Below the pieces are notes generated by a model that did not search any database, was not told the DNA's origin, and saw only the letters and a program-made list of their open reading frames with translations. 64,000 nt of DNA, from NCBI GenBank assembly GCA_015075175.1, contig JABTUV010000012.1, forward strand, positions 36,018 through 100,017, in the 5' to 3' direction. The position numbers were made by a program, and so were the translations under genes. This DNA comes from a bacterium (GTDB lineage: Bacteria; Hinthialibacterota; Hinthialibacteria; H5-UNCL2). Every line of letters begins with the position of its first letter. The first letter of the stretch is position 1. Of this stretch, positions 60,665 through 64,000 are shown one piece after another.

Positions 60665-61546
60665 ATGGGAGGGAGAGCAGTGAATGACAATTCCCAGCAT
60701 ACCAGCACACAGAGGAGCCACGAACCGCTGGTGGGCTTCGTCAACCTTGCGCGGGCGCTACTGCTGCTTGGTATTGTGAGTTTTCTTGGCGTTGCCGGCC
60801 TTCTCTTGTTGACACATCCGTCCGTCAACTTCTCACTCAAACAACGCCTCATGCGCCAGGAGGAGGAAGCGCGCGCCGTCAGGGAAGAGCTGGCGCGGTT
60901 AACCGCGGAAAGTGAGAAGGCGACTGCCGCGGAAAAAGAGAAACGGCTGCGCCAATGGAAATACGACTTGTTCTCCGACGTTGACGTAAGGGAAGATAGC
61001 TATCCCATTGTGGTGCTGCGCAGTGGGTTCAAGGTCATTCGCTTGGGGACGGACCACTCGTTAGTTGGATGGAAATACGAGCTGATTAACACGTCACCGA
61101 AGACCACGTATGTCGCCAATGTGACCTTTACGCTTCAGGATGCCGATGGCTTCGACATCGATTCCGGCGTAGGGGAGGCGGCGATTCCGGCAGAGCGATA
61201 CGGCGTAGTCACTGGAACTATCAACGTCGACAACGTAGATGTCGAGCGGCTTTCGGATTCCAGCTGGGCGATTGGGCTGAAGCCTAACTGGAAGGAAAAC
61301 GAGCGCCAAACCCCCGGAACTCGGGACTCGCGACTCACAAAACTAGCGAAATCCCAGATGCCTCTGTGGGTCTATGAGCTTGCGAAACTGGAATACATGG
61401 GCATTTCCGCGAAATGGAAGGCGATTCAGGTCGGCCTTGGAATCGAGTTACCGGCGAACCCCCCAGATGCACCCGCGGGGGCAACCCCGGAGTCCGATTC
61501 CAAGCCGGGCGCAACTGCTCCAGTCAGTGAGACTACTGCCAAGTAA
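60665..61546 (+). CDS. membrane-anchored hypothetical protein
   Basis: 293 aa; N-terminal TM helix LLLLGIVSFLGVAGLLLL, coiled-coil segment, C-terminal beta-rich domain; alternative GTG start at 60680 with GGGAGGGA RBS. Confidence 0.4.
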   Translation: MGGRAVNDNSQHTSTQRSHEPLVGFVNLARALLLLGIVSFLGVAGLLLLTHPSVNFSLKQRLMRQEEEARAVREELARLTAESEKATAAEKEKRLRQWKYDLFSDVDVREDSYPIVVLRSGFKVIRLGTDHSLVGWKYELINTSPKTTYVANVTFTLQDADGFDIDSGVGEAAIPAERYGVVTGTINVDNVDVERLSDSSWAIGLKPNWKENERQTPGTRDSRLTKLAKSQMPLWVYELAKLEYMGISAKWKAIQVGLGIELPANPPDAPAGATPESDSKPGATAPVSETTAK

Positions 61547-61556
61547 AGGACTGCTC

Positions 61557-64000
61557 ATGGTCAGACGCAAGAGTAACGCGAAGACCCCCGCCTCCATCCC
61601 TGTGGAGGCCCATACGCACAAGGACAAGCGCAAGAATATCCCCACGCGAGAGCTGCGGGATTTCGTCGAGGATGAGGAAAAATCCCCCAAGACGCTGCTC
61701 TATCCGCGCGATCCGTCGCTGGACCCGCAGCTGGTCTGGAAGGGGAAGGATGAGCAGGACGCCGCCGACCTCGTAGTGGTCGCGCCGCCGATTTACATTC
61801 AGGAGAAAATCCATCCGCAGGCCATCGTCGAGGACATCCGCGCCTCGGCCAGGAGCGCCGGGCGGGAGCGGCAGATGGATTTGTTCGCCGACTTCAACGG
61901 CCTCTCCTTCGAGCAGAAGATCGAGTTCTACCAGCACGACGCGCATTGGTCCAACCGCATGATCCTCGGCGACTCACTCCAGGTCATGGCGTCGCTGGCG
62001 GAGAAAGAGGCGTTGCGCGGCAAGGTGCAGATGATCTACCTCGACCCGCCCTACGGCATCAAGTTCGGCTCCAACTGGCAGGTGAGCACCCGCAAGCGCG
62101 ACGTGAAGGACGGCAAGGCGGAAGACGCCACGCGCCAGCCGGAACAGATTCGCGCCTTCCGCGATACGTGGAAGCTCGGCATCCACAGCTACCTCGCCTA
62201 TCTCCGCGACCGCCTTACCGTCGCCCGTGATCTCCTGACCGAGTCCGGCAGCATCTTCGTCCAGATGAACTCGGAAAACGTTCACTTAGTGCGATCATTG
62301 CTCGACGAGGTGTTTGGCTCCGAAAACTTTGTTGCCGACATTGTCTTTAGAAAGAAGAGCCTGCCTCTTGGCGCGAAGTATCTGGAGACGATGCACGATC
62401 ACGTACTCTTTTATGCCCGAGATGTAAACTTTCTCAAGTTTCGCCACTTCTACGAGCGAGGTGGCGTCGAGATCGTCGGCGGTCATGGACCATACGCGCT
62501 GTACCCTGACGGTAGTCATGAACGCATATCTGAAGATGAGTTTGAGTCGTCAGAGCATCCCGAAGGGACGCGGTACTACTGCCTGTTCGCTCTCCTTGCG
62601 CCCTCATTTTCCGCAAATACTGTGTATCAATATCGAGTTGACGGACGCGATTTCGACTCGCCTAACAACGGTTCATGGGTGGTTACGTCGAGTAAGCTTG
62701 ATGTGTTGAAATGCGCTGACCGCCTGGAGCCGGAGGGCAAGAATCTCCGATACCGGCTCATGTATGACGACTTTCCTTATCGAAAGGGAACGAACATATG
62801 GGTAGATACACAGGCCGCCTTCAAGAAGTCCTACGTCGTGCAGACCAGCACGAAAATCATTGAACGCTGTCTCCTCATGACCACCGATCCCGGCGACTTG
62901 GTGCTCGATCCGACGTGCGGGAGTGGGACGACTGCCTACGTGGCCGAGCAGTGGGGGCGGCGCTGGATCACCATTGATACGAGCCGCGTCGCGCTGGCGC
63001 TGGCGCGCACCCGCCTGATGGCCGCCCGCTTTCCGTACTACCTCCTCGCCGACACGCGCGAAGGCATGGAGAAGGAAGCCGAGCTCTCCGGCCAGCCGAT
63101 GCCCGACATTTCCCCGCAAGGCGATCTCAAGAAGGGCTTCGTCTATCGCCGCGTGCCGCACGTAACGCTGAAGTCCATCGCCAACAACGCGGAGATTGAT
63201 GAAATCCACGCCCGCTGGCAGAAGCAGCTGGAGCCGCTCCGCGCCAAGCTCAACAAGGCCGCCCGCGAGAAATGGGAGGAGTGGGAAATCCCGCGCGAGC
63301 CGGGCGAGAAGTGGAGCGCCGAGGCCAAGTCGCTACACGGTGAGTGGTGGAAGTTGCGCCGCCGGCGCCAAGCCGAGATTGACGCCTCCATCGCCCGCCG
63401 CGCCGAAACGGAGACGCTCTACGACCAGCCGCTCGACGACAAGAAGCGCGTGCGCGTGACCGGCCCCTTCACCGTCGAGAGCCTGTCGCCGCATCGCGTG
63501 CTTTCCACCGACGGGGAGATGCCCCGGAGCGAACGCAGCGGCGAGACGGAGAAGTCGGGCCGCTACGAGAGCGTGATCCTTGAGAACCTGAAGGCGTCCG
63601 GCGTGCAGAACCAGACCAAGACGGAGCGCCTGAAGTTCGACCGCCTGGAGCCGCTGGCCGGCACGTGGTTGCAGGCTGCCGGCGAATACACCGAGAACGG
63701 CAAGTCGCGCCGCGTGGCGGTCGCGCTTGGACCCGAGCATGGGACGGTCGGCCCGGATCTCGTCAAGGAAGCGGCCAAGGAAGCGGTCCTCGGCGTGGGC
63801 TACGATCTATTGCTCGTCTGCGGCTTCGCCTTTGATCCGCACGTGTCGGAAGAGACGAAACGCTACGGCAAGCTGACCATCCTTCCGGTGCGCATGAACC
63901 CGGACCTGTCGATGGGCGACGAGCTGCTCAAGAAGACGGGATCGGCGAACCTGTTCATGGTCTTCGGCGAACCGGACGTGATAGTGAGCAGTGGGCCGTG
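61557..64000 (+). CDS. type III restriction-modification Mod subunit / N6-adenine (beta-class) DNA methyltransferase, partial; ORF runs off the window
   Basis: Open frame from ATG 61557 (RBS AAAGGA) to the window end with no stop (the track omits edge-truncated ORFs). Motif IV IYLDPPYG precedes motif I VLDPTCGSGTTAYVA, the beta-class order; long C-terminal extension. Confidence 0.7.
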   Translation, partial: MVRRKSNAKTPASIPVEAHTHKDKRKNIPTRELRDFVEDEEKSPKTLLYPRDPSLDPQLVWKGKDEQDAADLVVVAPPIYIQEKIHPQAIVEDIRASARSAGRERQMDLFADFNGLSFEQKIEFYQHDAHWSNRMILGDSLQVMASLAEKEALRGKVQMIYLDPPYGIKFGSNWQVSTRKRDVKDGKAEDATRQPEQIRAFRDTWKLGIHSYLAYLRDRLTVARDLLTESGSIFVQMNSENVHLVRSLLDEVFGSENFVADIVFRKKSLPLGAKYLETMHDHVLFYARDVNFLKFRHFYERGGVEIVGGHGPYALYPDGSHERISEDEFESSEHPEGTRYYCLFALLAPSFSANTVYQYRVDGRDFDSPNNGSWVVTSSKLDVLKCADRLEPEGKNLRYRLMYDDFPYRKGTNIWVDTQAAFKKSYVVQTSTKIIERCLLMTTDPGDLVLDPTCGSGTTAYVAEQWGRRWITIDTSRVALALARTRLMAARFPYYLLADTREGMEKEAELSGQPMPDISPQGDLKKGFVYRRVPHVTLKSIANNAEIDEIHARWQKQLEPLRAKLNKAAREKWEEWEIPREPGEKWSAEAKSLHGEWWKLRRRRQAEIDASIARRAETETLYDQPLDDKKRVRVTGPFTVESLSPHRVLSTDGEMPRSERSGETEKSGRYESVILENLKASGVQNQTKTERLKFDRLEPLAGTWLQAAGEYTENGKSRRVAVALGPEHGTVGPDLVKEAAKEAVLGVGYDLLLVCGFAFDPHVSEETKRYGKLTILPVRMNPDLSMGDELLKKTGSANLFMVFGEPDVIVSSGP

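Overview
The window reads as a high-GC (about 65-70%) bacterial chromosome; a Planctomycetes-like origin is a weak guess based on a DUF1580-like protein and the overall style. Most of it is housekeeping genes in compact operons, many with ATGA start/stop overlaps (rpmE, ctpA, pyrE, glnB, uvrD/pcrA-like helicase, aroC-aroB, pdxA, leuC-like, pheT, ABC transporters, shikimate and nucleotide metabolism). Three accessory regions stand out. (1) An approximately 9 kb phage-like head/neck/tail gene cluster at 14.2-23.4 kb (portal-like, HK97-fold capsid, gp6-like connector and others). It has no terminase, tape-measure, integrase or lysis genes, and a cluster-specific palindromic repeat family surrounds it. 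It is followed by a stretch of badly decayed genes (aroQ and a membrane/TPR pseudogene). (2) A two-gene AAA_21-type ATPase plus DUF4276-like module at 38.7-40.6 kb that looks like a defence or abortive-infection cassette. (3) A genomic island inserted next to the 3' end of tRNA-Gly(GCC) at 50.27 kb. It carries a tyrosine integrase, a DUF1580-like protein, a lone capsid-like gene, an ORF6N/KilA-N protein, a decayed type III restriction-modification system (truncated Mod plus frameshifted Res), a TcmP / three-Cys (Gp37/Gp68, DUF5131) gene pair and membrane protein (of unknown function) sitting between that Res and a second, apparently intact Mod methyltransferase that runs off the window end. 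The TcmP/DUF5131 pair inside the R-M locus is my best candidate for an undescribed DNA-modification or defence function. Several short palindromic intergenic repeat families recur through the window. Two cautions. At least nine genes carry single-base frameshifts, and most of those I could trace localize to 1-2 nt homopolymers; that pattern fits sequencing indels better than biology, so pseudogene calls are provisional. The ORF track omits ORFs that run off the window edge, so the 3' Mod gene (61557->) was found by manual translation.
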